64,000 bases of DNA from an uncultured Clostridia bacterium (GCA_934254835.1 CAKQMI010000001.1:14588-78587), one strand, 5' to 3'. Shown: positions 10,081 to 18,686, counted from the stretch's first letter. The notes: generated by a model from the letters alone, not told the origin. Numbers and translations: made by a program.

Positions 10081-10525
10081 AATCCCTCCTTTTGTCAGAA
10101 AAAAACCCCTCCGAAATTAACTTTGTCGCACTTTACTTCTGAAAAAGCAAATATTCCGCTTTTAATCTTTTGAGGCCTTGAATTTTTCCAAGCAGTAACT
10201 CTGAAACTAAAAATTAACAGGCAAAAAAATAAACAAAAGATTTTATTTATTAAATTATATCATCTACTCTCTCCATTGTCAATATTTGTTCTTTTTCCGG
10301 TTTTTTCCTAAATCGAGCAAACGGGTTTTTTCTCCCTCGTATATCGAACTGCTCCGCCAATAATCAAACCACAAATCTCGCCTTTTCTTTTCGTTTCTCG
10401 TTTTTGTTCACCCAACAGTAACCCTGTCCAAATAACTCTGTCACAGAATCTTAAACGTAGTTGCCCTTCAAAAAACCGTCGCAAAATCGTTGAACCTTGC
10501 GAAACCATTCTTCCCGACAGACTAT

Positions 10526-10541
10526 CGTTTCACGCGAAACA
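10526..10541. promoter_or_regulatory. parS-like site 1
   Basis: CGTTTCACGCGAAACA matches the Bacillota parS consensus TGTTNCACGTGAAACA at 14 of 16 positions. Confidence 0.5.
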
Positions 10542-10773
10542 ATGGCTTTTTGCGCGCAAAAACCATTTACTAAAATCAACAATACCGCGCCGTCACCCCT
10601 TGTCAATGAGCCTAATCGGAACACAACATGCTCCACATGCATTCAGTCACAAGGTAATCATGGCTACAAAACGGAAAACCGCCGAACCGTTCAACAACTC
10701 GAAAGAATAAACAATGTCTCCGCCAAAAGGAACTATCCTCATCAACAACTCGGATAAATTTGTCGGACAAACA

Positions 10774-10797
10774 ATGCCAACCGTGAATAATACGAAC
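10774..10797. repeat. Conserved 24-mer ATGCCAACCGTGAATAATACGAAC, copy X
   Basis: Identical to 11907-11930 and to the reverse complement of 12161-12184, while the flanks are strongly diverged. Confidence 0.9.
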
Positions 10798-11075
10798 TGT
10801 ACTAATCCGAAACAACCTCTCTTTTGCAGTCAGACAGAACGAAAATATTAAAAATTGACGCCCCGTAAGCACGGGCGCATAATTTAACAACTAAACCACC
10901 ATACCATGAACATTAAACACGCAAGCCGACATTCGCACCCGAAACAATCCGTAATATACTTTTTGCTTTATTATACAACTATTTGTGGCACCACAAACAT
11001 TGCACATCCACATTGCCAAACTCACCCGCAATAGTTTTGCTTAAACAAAGCATTTTCTCTTCCATTCTTGTCATT

Positions 11076-11096
11076 GCACGCGAGCGGGTTAATACT
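11076..11096. repeat. Conserved 21-mer GCACGCGAGCGGGTTAATACT, copy W
   Basis: Identical to the reverse complement of 11989-12009. About 65 nt of weaker similarity follows in both copies. Confidence 0.9.
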
Positions 11097-11906
11097 CTAT
11101 TCCTAAGCCATAAGCGCAACAACAACTTTGTCAAAAATACAACGTCGGATCTGCGTGACCAAATCGTCAATAATTTTGACTATTTTTGAAAAAAGCAACC
11201 ACCACTACACTTGTCGTACAGAGGCGAATTTTTGCAAAACACGGATATTGCGACAATTTGGCAATGTTCATATTATCCTTGTCCGATAATAAAAACCCTA
11301 TTGTTTTTGCCTAACGAAATTATCACAAATTAAAAACAGGAACGCTGTTAAAGCAAGCAACTAATTCACTGAGAGTTTTGAAAAAAGTCTCAAATCTTTC
11401 TTTCGGAACCCTTTTTAATTTGAAAACCAAATACGACGTTACAAATAACCGAAAATATTAACCGGTCGCACATGTTCTATTTATAAAAGCATTCCTAACC
11501 GCATAAAAAAGAAACCTCCAAAAACCCCGTCTATTTTGGTAATAACAAGCTAAAACACGGCTATAAATCTTTTGCGCCACACAACACAGGAAATAACAAG
11601 GAAAGTATTCTCGAAGTCACGATATAACCATACTCGCATAATATTCTGTCTCTCACCAACCAATGTGCCCAATTTTCCCGATCTTTGAAAATTCGCCACT
11701 TGAAACACAGTAACAAGCAATTAACAAAAACATAATAAACAAACATATAAACGTCACTCAAATCCGCCAAAACCACGCTGACAAATTAAAAATCGGACAA
11801 ATACAATGATATATCGTTTCAAGAAAAGGCCAAACAAGGGCAAAACCATTACAAAAACATCAAATTTATTCAACGGGGCACGAATTTGATTTTTTATTTT
11901 TATAAT

Positions 11907-12184
11907 ATGCCAACCGTGAATAATACGAACCGTGGTCTTGCTCCGTGTTTTTGACCAAAACCTCGTTGCGCTCACGGCTTATACATACAGTATTAACCCG
12001 CTCGCGTGCCTTGTTTTCGTCTAAAAACGCGGGGGCAATACTCCTTAGACCAAACCACCGAGAATTTCGATGATTTTTGGGAAAAATGAACGCAGTTGTA
12101 CTTTTGGTACTACAAGCGAGTTTTTGCAAAAAAGCACGGAAATATCGGCGATTTCTAACAGTTCGTATTATTCACGGTTGGCAT
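11907..12184. repeat. 278-bp inverted-repeat element with perfect 24-bp termini (MITE-like or long-hairpin locus)
   Basis: The termini at 11907-11930 and 12161-12184 are exact reverse complements. The subterminal ~90 nt of both halves are recognisably related (CAAAAACACGGA next to the 24-mer). No ORF and no obvious target-site duplication. Confidence 0.6.
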
Positions 12185-12474
12185 GCAACGGCTATTCAAA
12201 CGGCGAGAAAAACATAATAAACCAAAGAAACACCCGCTTTACTATATTTTTCTCGCTATTGCAACATAAACAAATTATCAAACACAACCAATCGAAAAAT
12301 AGAACGTAAACAAGATTTTCAAAAAGCACGTTGACAGGCAATTCTTTTTTTTCAATAATATGTTAAATATACATAAACCCTGTCAACATAAAACATTCTT
12401 TGAGGTCGATTATCTCAAATATGACGTTTCTATCCGTTGACATTATGTAGATTTTCTGGGAAAAGAGCAAAAAG

Positions 12475-12483
12475 ATATCCACA
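12475..12483. promoter_or_regulatory. DnaA box-like 9-mer (1 mismatch)
   Basis: ATATCCACA versus consensus TTATCCACA. Confidence 0.45.
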
Positions 12484-12497
12484 ATGTTACTATCGAA

Positions 12498-12513
12498 CGT
12501 TTCACGTGAAACA
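12498..12513. promoter_or_regulatory. parS-like site 2
   Basis: CGTTTCACGTGAAACA matches the parS consensus at 15 of 16 positions. Confidence 0.65.
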
Positions 12514-12564
12514 ACGATGATTTTACGCTATTTTTGCTTGTCTAAAAATTGTTCCGTTTTCATA

Positions 12565-12580
12565 TGTTTCACGCGGAACA
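12565..12580. promoter_or_regulatory. parS-like site 3
   Basis: TGTTTCACGCGGAACA matches TGTTTCACGTGGAACA at 15 of 16 positions. Confidence 0.65.
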
Positions 12581-12585
12581 AAAAG

Positions 12586-12594
12586 TTGTCCACA
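12586..12594. promoter_or_regulatory. DnaA box-like 9-mer (1 mismatch)
   Basis: TTGTCCACA, sandwiched between parS-like sites 3 and 4. Confidence 0.45.
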
Positions 12595-12596
12595 AT

Positions 12597-12612
12597 TGTT
12601 CCACGCGGAACA
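12597..12612. promoter_or_regulatory. parS-like site 4
   Basis: TGTTCCACGCGGAACA matches at 14 of 16 positions. Confidence 0.5.
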
Positions 12613-12736
12613 AAACGGTGCTTTTTGGCGGGTTTTTGGGCGTTTTTCCTTGGTTTTAAGCGGTTTATTGCGGTTTGTTTGCGGTGAATTACGGCATTTT
12701 CGTTTCTTTCTCCGTGTAAAATTGGCATACCGCTTT

Positions 12737-12745
12737 TGTGGATAA
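12737..12745. promoter_or_regulatory. DnaA box (perfect consensus, reverse orientation)
   Basis: TGTGGATAA is the reverse complement of TTATCCACA. Confidence 0.6.
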
Positions 12746-12829
12746 CTTTTGCTATTTTTTGGACAAGTATAATCATCGTGCTTTGTGGCAATAATATAAG
12801 CAATTTATTAAGGAAAATGGTGGTTTTTT

Positions 12830-12976
12830 ATGAAATGTACGTCGTGTAATGAGGCTTTTTCGCCTGATAAAATGTTTGTTTGTAAGTCTTGTGGCGCTTG
12901 TTTTTGTGAAAACTGTGTGAAAAACAACGATAATTCTTGTTTGAAATGCGGTACCGTGCTTGACAGATTTAACTAA
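12830..12976 (+). CDS. Hypothetical 48-aa Cys-rich (zinc-ribbon-like) small protein
   Basis: Own ORF, below the track size cutoff: MKCTSCNEAFSPDKMFVCKSCGACFCENCVKNNDNSCLKCGTVLDRFN, with four CxxC pairs. GGTGG lies 6 nt upstream. Caveat: the G/T-rich strand inflates TGT/TGC codons. Confidence 0.3.
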   Translation: MKCTSCNEAFSPDKMFVCKSCGACFCENCVKNNDNSCLKCGTVLDRFN

Positions 12977-13004
12977 ATGCGCAATTTTTGCCAGCAAAAA
13001 GGCG

Positions 13005-13020
13005 TGTTTCACGTAAAACA
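13005..13020. promoter_or_regulatory. parS-like site 5
   Basis: TGTTTCACGTAAAACA matches at 15 of 16 positions. Confidence 0.6.
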
Positions 13021-13530
13021 TTGTCGTTTTTTTTGCCTTGCTTTTTTATCGGTTTTTGGTTATTTTTTCAGCAAGAAATTATTTCTTTTAGGCTCAAAAT
13101 GGCTTTTTTTTGCATATAATCGGCGACATTTGGTTTGCAACTTGTCTGCTACTGCTACAACGTTATTTCTTTGTTTTCTTGCGGGTAAATAGGCTTATTC
13201 TTGCAACGAATTTGTCTTTGTGCGCGCACGGTGAATCGCATTGTTTTCGAAACGTTATTGTTTTTCAAAAGTTGTTGGCATAACTATTGGGTTTTTGTTA
13301 AAAACAAGAAGTTCTCTGGCTTTTATGGTTTATTTTATTTTGGGAGTATTACGCTTGTCCGCCATGGGTTTTGCGATTTTTTAACTGCGACGGATTCTCT
13401 TTATGAAATAGCTTGCTTTCAACTATTTGTTATGTTGATTGTTTTTCAAAACTTGTTATGTTCGGTTACTTTGTTTGCTATTTGTTCTTTCAATTATTTT
13501 CAAAAACGATAAGGTATTTGTGTTAATTCC

Positions 13531-13556
13531 AAATAAAAACCCCGCCGTCGGCGGAG
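13531..13556 (-). terminator. Intrinsic terminator downstream of luxS
   Basis: GC stem CCGCC-GTC-GGCGG followed on the minus strand by TTTTTATTT. Confidence 0.5.
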
Positions 13557-13580
13557 TAACCATTGTATATGCGCGGATAA

Positions 13581-14003
13581 TTATTTTATAAACGGAAGAA
13601 AAGCACGGATTTCGGCTTTTGCGCCGTCCAAGTCGTGATCGAGATAGTTTCCGCACTCGTGGCGTTTTGCGCCCGGAATTTCATTTATTTCAAGGCATTT
13701 TTCAAAGCACTCTTTCACGATAGGTTTGACTTCGTCGAGGGTGGTGTCAAACATAAGCAGATAAAACCCCGTGCGACAACCCATCGGTCCGAAATAAACA
13801 ACCTTTTCTTTGACCGCGCTGTTTCTGATGACGGTCGCAAAAATATGCTCGATTGTGTGTGCGGACGCTGTTGACAAAAAATCGCCCTCGTTCGGATTTT
13901 TGAAGCGTAGGTCGAAAGTGGAAATATTCCTTTCGGTGTTTGAAAGGAAAACCCCTTTTGAAAGCGTGTCGTGATTTACAAGAAATGACGTGACTGTTTC
14001 CAT
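13581..14003 (-). CDS. luxS: S-ribosylhomocysteine lyase LuxS
   Basis: 140 aa with the HTIEH metal motif and GCRTGFY. It lies adjacent to mtnN. Confidence 0.9.
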   Translation of the reverse strand: METVTSFLVNHDTLSKGVFLSNTERNISTFDLRFKNPNEGDFLSTASAHTIEHIFATVIRNSAVKEKVVYFGPMGCRTGFYLLMFDTTLDEVKPIVKECFEKCLEINEIPGAKRHECGNYLDHDLDGAKAEIRAFLPFIK

Positions 14004-14091
14004 AGTTTTGAATTTTATATATTATATAATAATATATAAAATTTTGCTCCTTGTTTTTCGTATGCTTTTTGCGTTTCTTGCGCCTTTAAGG

Positions 14092-14790
14092 TCAGTCCTT
14101 AATTCTTGCGACCTTGTCGATAACGTCAACGATGATTTTTGCGCAATCGCGCGTTCCCTCATTGGCGATTTCGGCAAAGCTCACGGGACTTTCCTCGTCG
14201 GCGTTGTCGCTGACGATTTTTATACTTATCGCGGGGACGGCGTTTTTGTTGGCGACGATACATACCCCCGCGCCTTCCATATCGCATATTTCCGCGTCGA
14301 AGTCGGAAATGAGTTTGTTTTTGACCTCCGACGACGAAATAAACTTGTCGCCGGAAGCAAGACGCACAAGTTTTAAGGCGGGGAAACTCTTTTTCACGAC
14401 GTCCAAAAGTTTTTTGTCGAAATAGAAATAGGGATCGGGATTTTCGTCGTAATGCCCGACCTTCACGTTGTCGATTGCCGACGTATCGATTTCGTAATGC
14501 ACGACTTTTTCGCACGCGACGACCTCTTTGCATTTAAGATACCCGACGAGCGAGCCGACAAATCCGAAGTTGAAAATCGCGCCGACGCCGTACTTTGAAA
14601 TCAAAAACTGCGTTGCCGACGCGGACGAAATCTCGCCCATTCCCGACACCGCGACGAACAACTCGGCGTTTTCGCGACGCACGAGGTAAGTATCGAAGGG
14701 GACTTCCCCGATTTTTTCGACTTTTCCGAACGCCTCGAGCACGCCTTTGACCTCGCGTCCGATGGCGATGACCATACCAAACTTTTTCAT
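14092..14790 (-). CDS. mtnN: 5'-methylthioadenosine/S-adenosylhomocysteine nucleosidase
   Basis: 232 aa PNP_UDP-type fold with ICDMEGAG and a SGDKF-like motif. It is paired with luxS (activated methyl cycle). Confidence 0.85.
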   Translation of the reverse strand: MKKFGMVIAIGREVKGVLEAFGKVEKIGEVPFDTYLVRRENAELFVAVSGMGEISSASATQFLISKYGVGAIFNFGFVGSLVGYLKCKEVVACEKVVHYEIDTSAIDNVKVGHYDENPDPYFYFDKKLLDVVKKSFPALKLVRLASGDKFISSSEVKNKLISDFDAEICDMEGAGVCIVANKNAVPAISIKIVSDNADEESPVSFAEIANEGTRDCAKIIVDVIDKVARIKD

Positions 14791-14926
14791 AGCAATCCTT
14801 TTTTGATAGTGATTATCATTTTTTCGATTAAATCACCATAAGTATAGCATACAATTGCAGTTTTTCAAACAAATGATTTGTTAAATCTCGCGCGCGTATG
14901 GTATAATTTTGGACAAAGAGGTATTT

Positions 14927-16339
14927 ATGAAATTTGATAAGAAGAACGTCGTCTTGGCATCGCTGGTTTTCGGCTGGATTTCGATATTCTGGAACGTTTA
15001 CGACCAACTTATTCAATCAATCAACACTTACTCTTTCGCTCTCGAGCCGTACGAAAGCGGATGGATTCTTGCAATCGACAACATAATCGGGCTGTTTGTC
15101 CTGCCGTTATTCGGACATCTTTCGGACAAATGCAAGAGCCGATTCGGAAAGCGCACGCCTTATATTTATATCGGCACGGCGGTGTCTCTCGTTGGGCTGG
15201 CTCTTGTTGGCGTTTTCGCCTCAAAACGGCTACTTTGGCCGTATATCGTGACGCTGACGATCACTCTTTTTGCAATGGCGGGATACCGAAGCGCAGGGCT
15301 GTCGCTCGTCCCCGACTTCGTTTACGAACCCGACAGGGGCAGAGCAAACTCGATTGCAAACCTTGTTTCCGTTGCGTTCACCGCCGTGGGAATCGTGCTT
15401 GCGATGTTGTTTATGCCCTTAAAATCCGCAAAAAACGCGCAATTCCTGCCGGTATGTCTTGCGGTCGTGGGGTGCAGTCTGATAACGGTTGCGGTGTACG
15501 CGTTCACGTTCAGCGAAAGGCGCGTCACCGACGACTTCAACCGCCGTCTTGACGAATATAAGCGCGACTTCCCCGAAAAATTCAAAAGCGAAACCGTCGT
15601 CGTCGAGGAGCTGGACGAAGTCCAAATGCAAAGCAACCTTTTCAACAAGGTGTTTATTTTGTTGAGCGTTTTCTTCTTTTATATCGCGTACAACGCGCTT
15701 GTGTCCAATTTCACCGTTTACAGCGACGTAATGCTCGGGTTCAAGATGCCACAGCTTCCGCTGGTATTTGTCATTTTGGGCGCGCTTCCGGGGTTTATAT
15801 TCGCAAATCCCGTCGCGAAAAAGCTGGGCAGAAAATATACGATTACCATAGGTCTTCTTTTGATGATGGTGGCGCTTCTTGCCTCGATGCCGTTTTCAAA
15901 ACGAGATTCGGGACTCGAACTCAAAATTCCGCTTTTATTTTTCTTTATTCTGGCGGGCGTCGGCTACGGCTTTGCAATGGCGAATTTGTACCCGTTTTAT
16001 CTGGAACTCAGCAAGGCGAAAAACATCGGACAAAATACCGGTATCTTTGCGGGTTCTACGACAGCCGCGATGGTCATCACCCCCGTTCTTGCGGGATACA
16101 TAATCAAAGAAGTCGGAAAGACAACGGGCAAAACCTACGTCATCGAACAAGTCGTCAACGGCGTGAATACCGAGGTTGTGAAAGTGGGCGATTACAGCGT
16201 GCTTCTGCCGTACTGCGCCGTGGCGTGCTTTATCGCGCTTGTTTGCATACTCATTGTAAAATCAGACTACGCAAAGGGCGGACTTCGCGACCACGCAAAA
16301 CAATATATGGAAAGAAAAAGAGAGAAGAAAAATGACTGA
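14927..16339 (+). CDS. MFS-type transporter (glycoside-pentoside-hexuronide/SLC45-like)
   Basis: ATG at 14927 follows AAAGAGG. About 12 TM helices, with a GKRTPYI loop after TM2. Substrate unknown. Confidence 0.7.
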   Translation: MKFDKKNVVLASLVFGWISIFWNVYDQLIQSINTYSFALEPYESGWILAIDNIIGLFVLPLFGHLSDKCKSRFGKRTPYIYIGTAVSLVGLALVGVFASKRLLWPYIVTLTITLFAMAGYRSAGLSLVPDFVYEPDRGRANSIANLVSVAFTAVGIVLAMLFMPLKSAKNAQFLPVCLAVVGCSLITVAVYAFTFSERRVTDDFNRRLDEYKRDFPEKFKSETVVVEELDEVQMQSNLFNKVFILLSVFFFYIAYNALVSNFTVYSDVMLGFKMPQLPLVFVILGALPGFIFANPVAKKLGRKYTITIGLLLMMVALLASMPFSKRDSGLELKIPLLFFFILAGVGYGFAMANLYPFYLELSKAKNIGQNTGIFAGSTTAAMVITPVLAGYIIKEVGKTTGKTYVIEQVVNGVNTEVVKVGDYSVLLPYCAVACFIALVCILIVKSDYAKGGLRDHAKQYMERKREKKND

Positions 16340-17042
16340 TTCCTTTTATAAAACACTGAAATCCTCGGCTGAAAACGTGGGTGTTTTGGTCACCGACGAA
16401 CAGTGTGAAAAACTCTTTATGTTTTACGAAACGGTGGTTGAGTACAACAAAAACGTCAACTTAACTGCCATTACCGACGAAACAGAGTTTGTCGTTAAGC
16501 ATATTGCGGACAGTATTTCGGCGGTAAACTTCATCGAAAAAAACAGTGCGGTAGTCGATATCGGAGCAGGTGCCGGCTTTCCGTCGATTCCCATAAAAAT
16601 CGTGCGCGACGACGTTCAGATTATTATGTTGGACGCCCTTCAAAAACGCGTCGATTTTTTGAATTTTGCGATAAGCGAACTGTCCTTAAAAAACGCCGTG
16701 GCAAAGCATATGCGGGCGGAAGAAGCGGGCGAAAAATTCCTAAGGGGCAGTGCCGACGTCGTCGTTGCAAGGGCGGTCGGGAGCACGAATATTTTGTTGG
16801 AACTTTCAATCCCTCTTTTGAAAAAGCACGGCGTATTCATAAACTATAAGGGCAAAGATTTGTCCGACGTCGAGAGCGCAAAAAATGCCGAAAAAACGCT
16901 TTTTGCAACGCTGAAAACTATCCATAATTTTTCGCTCCCAAAAAACGCAGGGGAAAGAAACCTTGTGATATACGAAAAAGTCGCAGACACCCCAAAAATT
17001 TATCCAAGGAAATTTGCGACGATAAAAAAGAACCCGTTGTAA
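16332..17042 (+). CDS. rsmG: 16S rRNA (guanine527-N7)-methyltransferase RsmG (GidB)
   Basis: 236 aa with SAM motif VVDIGAGAGFPSIPIKI. It overlaps the upstream gene by 8 nt. Confidence 0.9.
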   Translation: MTDSFYKTLKSSAENVGVLVTDEQCEKLFMFYETVVEYNKNVNLTAITDETEFVVKHIADSISAVNFIEKNSAVVDIGAGAGFPSIPIKIVRDDVQIIMLDALQKRVDFLNFAISELSLKNAVAKHMRAEEAGEKFLRGSADVVVARAVGSTNILLELSIPLLKKHGVFINYKGKDLSDVESAKNAEKTLFATLKTIHNFSLPKNAGERNLVIYEKVADTPKIYPRKFATIKKNPL

Positions 17043-17060
17043 AATTAAACATATTATGAA

Positions 17061-17084
17061 AAGTCGTGCAACACGGCTTTTTTT
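17061..17084 (+). terminator. Intrinsic terminator after rsmG
   Basis: Stem AAGTCGTG / CACGGCTT followed by a T-run. Confidence 0.6.
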
Positions 17085-17269
17085 GTTGCTTTCGCACGGC
17101 GGATTTTTGAAAATTTCGGAATTTCCCTATCCTAAAAAACCCTTTTTCGACTTATTTTTTGAATGTTCCACAAAAAAATAATGTTTCACAAATTTTTGTA
17201 AATCGTTGATTATTCGCCTCTTTAATGCTATACTTAAATAAAATAAAAACAAAATTAAGAGGTGTTTTT

Positions 17270-18154
17270 ATGTCAAACAAAGGTATTGGAAAAGGTCTTG
17301 CGGCGTTGCTCGGCAACATGCAGGAAGAAGAAGCGGTGGCGGAAAAACTCGATTCGACCGTCTCTCGCGAGATAATGAACGTCGATATTTCCCTTATCGA
17401 CACCAACCCTTATCAACCGCGAAAAATCTTTGACAAATCGGCACTTGAGGAGTTGGCGGCGTCCATAAAGTCGTTCGGCATTATTCAACCGCTGATCGTT
17501 TTGAGAAGCGGAAACCGTTACGTCATAATCGCGGGCGAAAGGCGTTTCCGTGCGGCGCGTCTTGCGGGATTGACGTCGGTACCTTGCGTCGTCAGGGAAC
17601 TCACCCCTCGTGAAATGCGAGAAATCGCCCTTATAGAAAACCTTCAGCGCGAGGATTTGAACCCCGTCGAGGCGGCAGAGGGCATAGCCGAACTTATAAA
17701 GTCTTACAACCTCACCCAAGAAGAAGCGGCGGAGCGTATCGGTATGGGCAGACCTACCGTCACGAATTTACTGCGTCTTTTATCGCTTGACAAAGAGGTG
17801 TTGGAACTTGTGCGCGCCGGCAGACTTTCGGGAAGTCATGCAAGGTGCTTGGTGGTTGTCACCGATCCCGAAGTGCAGGTTTATTACGCCAACAAAGCGT
17901 GCGACAACAAAATGTCCGTCAGAGATTTGGAACAACAAATCCAACTTTACCTCGGACGCAAACTTATCCCCGCGGGCGTCAGAAAAGAAAAACAATCGAA
18001 GGAACTCAAAACCTTTGTCAACGATATGAAACGCATCTTCGGCACAAAGGTCAAAATTTTGGGCAACGACGAAAAAGGTCGTATCTGCATCGATTATTTC
18101 TCCAACGACGATTTACAACGTATTTATGACTTAATCGATAGTTTACGCCACTGA
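17270..18154 (+). CDS. parB: ParB/Spo0J (or Noc) family partition protein
   Basis: ATG at 17270 follows AAGAGGTG. It shows GKGLAALLG, NPYQPRK, ParB box IIAGERRFRAA and an HTH. No parA/soj gene is adjacent. Confidence 0.9.
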   Translation: MSNKGIGKGLAALLGNMQEEEAVAEKLDSTVSREIMNVDISLIDTNPYQPRKIFDKSALEELAASIKSFGIIQPLIVLRSGNRYVIIAGERRFRAARLAGLTSVPCVVRELTPREMREIALIENLQREDLNPVEAAEGIAELIKSYNLTQEEAAERIGMGRPTVTNLLRLLSLDKEVLELVRAGRLSGSHARCLVVVTDPEVQVYYANKACDNKMSVRDLEQQIQLYLGRKLIPAGVRKEKQSKELKTFVNDMKRIFGTKVKILGNDEKGRICIDYFSNDDLQRIYDLIDSLRH

Positions 18155-18169
18155 TTTTCACGATAAAGT

Positions 18170-18640
18170 ATGAAAACTACAAGAATAACCCTTCCAAAAA
18201 TCACACTTATCGGCAAGTGCGGATCGTCGAAAGACGGCAAAGATTTCGTCAGAGATTTGTGGACCGAGTTGAATAAAAACTTCAACGAGATTTCCTATCT
18301 TGCAAAGTGGGACGAGTCGGGCGCGTTAAAGGGCTTGTGGGGCGCAATGAGCGACGAAACCCTGTCCTTTAAGCCGTGGGAAGGCGGATATGAAAACGGG
18401 CTGTATTTGGCGGGATTTGAGGCAGTGGACGACGCGGTCGCACCAAAAGGCTGGACAAAGTGGGTGATACCTTCTTTTGAATATATAAAAGCGAAGGTCG
18501 AGTCCACCGAAACGTTCAAGGAACTCATCGGATATCTTATCGCCAACAAAATAAACCTTGTGGGAAGCGTGCAAAATTTAACATATCCTAAAACCAACGA
18601 AAACTTTCTTATGTTTCCGATAAGGAAAGTCGAGGAATAG
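18170..18640 (+). CDS. GyrI-like / effector-binding (SOUL-fold) domain protein
   Basis: 156 aa. The overall pattern resembles stand-alone AraC-effector-binding/GyrI-like proteins. Assignment is by recall only. Confidence 0.45.
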   Translation: MKTTRITLPKITLIGKCGSSKDGKDFVRDLWTELNKNFNEISYLAKWDESGALKGLWGAMSDETLSFKPWEGGYENGLYLAGFEAVDDAVAPKGWTKWVIPSFEYIKAKVESTETFKELIGYLIANKINLVGSVQNLTYPKTNENFLMFPIRKVEE

Positions 18641-18686
18641 AATATTATTTAAAAAACCCGATAAAAACAAATAAACGATAAACAAA

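Larger units (their letters stand above)
12300..12800. other. Candidate chromosomal replication origin (oriC) core
   Basis: The + strand switches from A/C-rich to T/G-rich here. The region holds an AT-rich tract (12344-12378), three DnaA-box-like 9-mers and three parS-like sites, and gene orientation flips around it. Confidence 0.55.

Noticed and set aside
10612-12309. Recurring peptides TVRIIHGWH and ARERVNT..VKNT as remnants of a protein-coding gene family
   Set aside because: Within one copy the two conserved segments fall in different reading frames, conservation stops abruptly at the nucleotide-motif borders, and no start or RBS is present. The conservation is at the DNA/RNA level.
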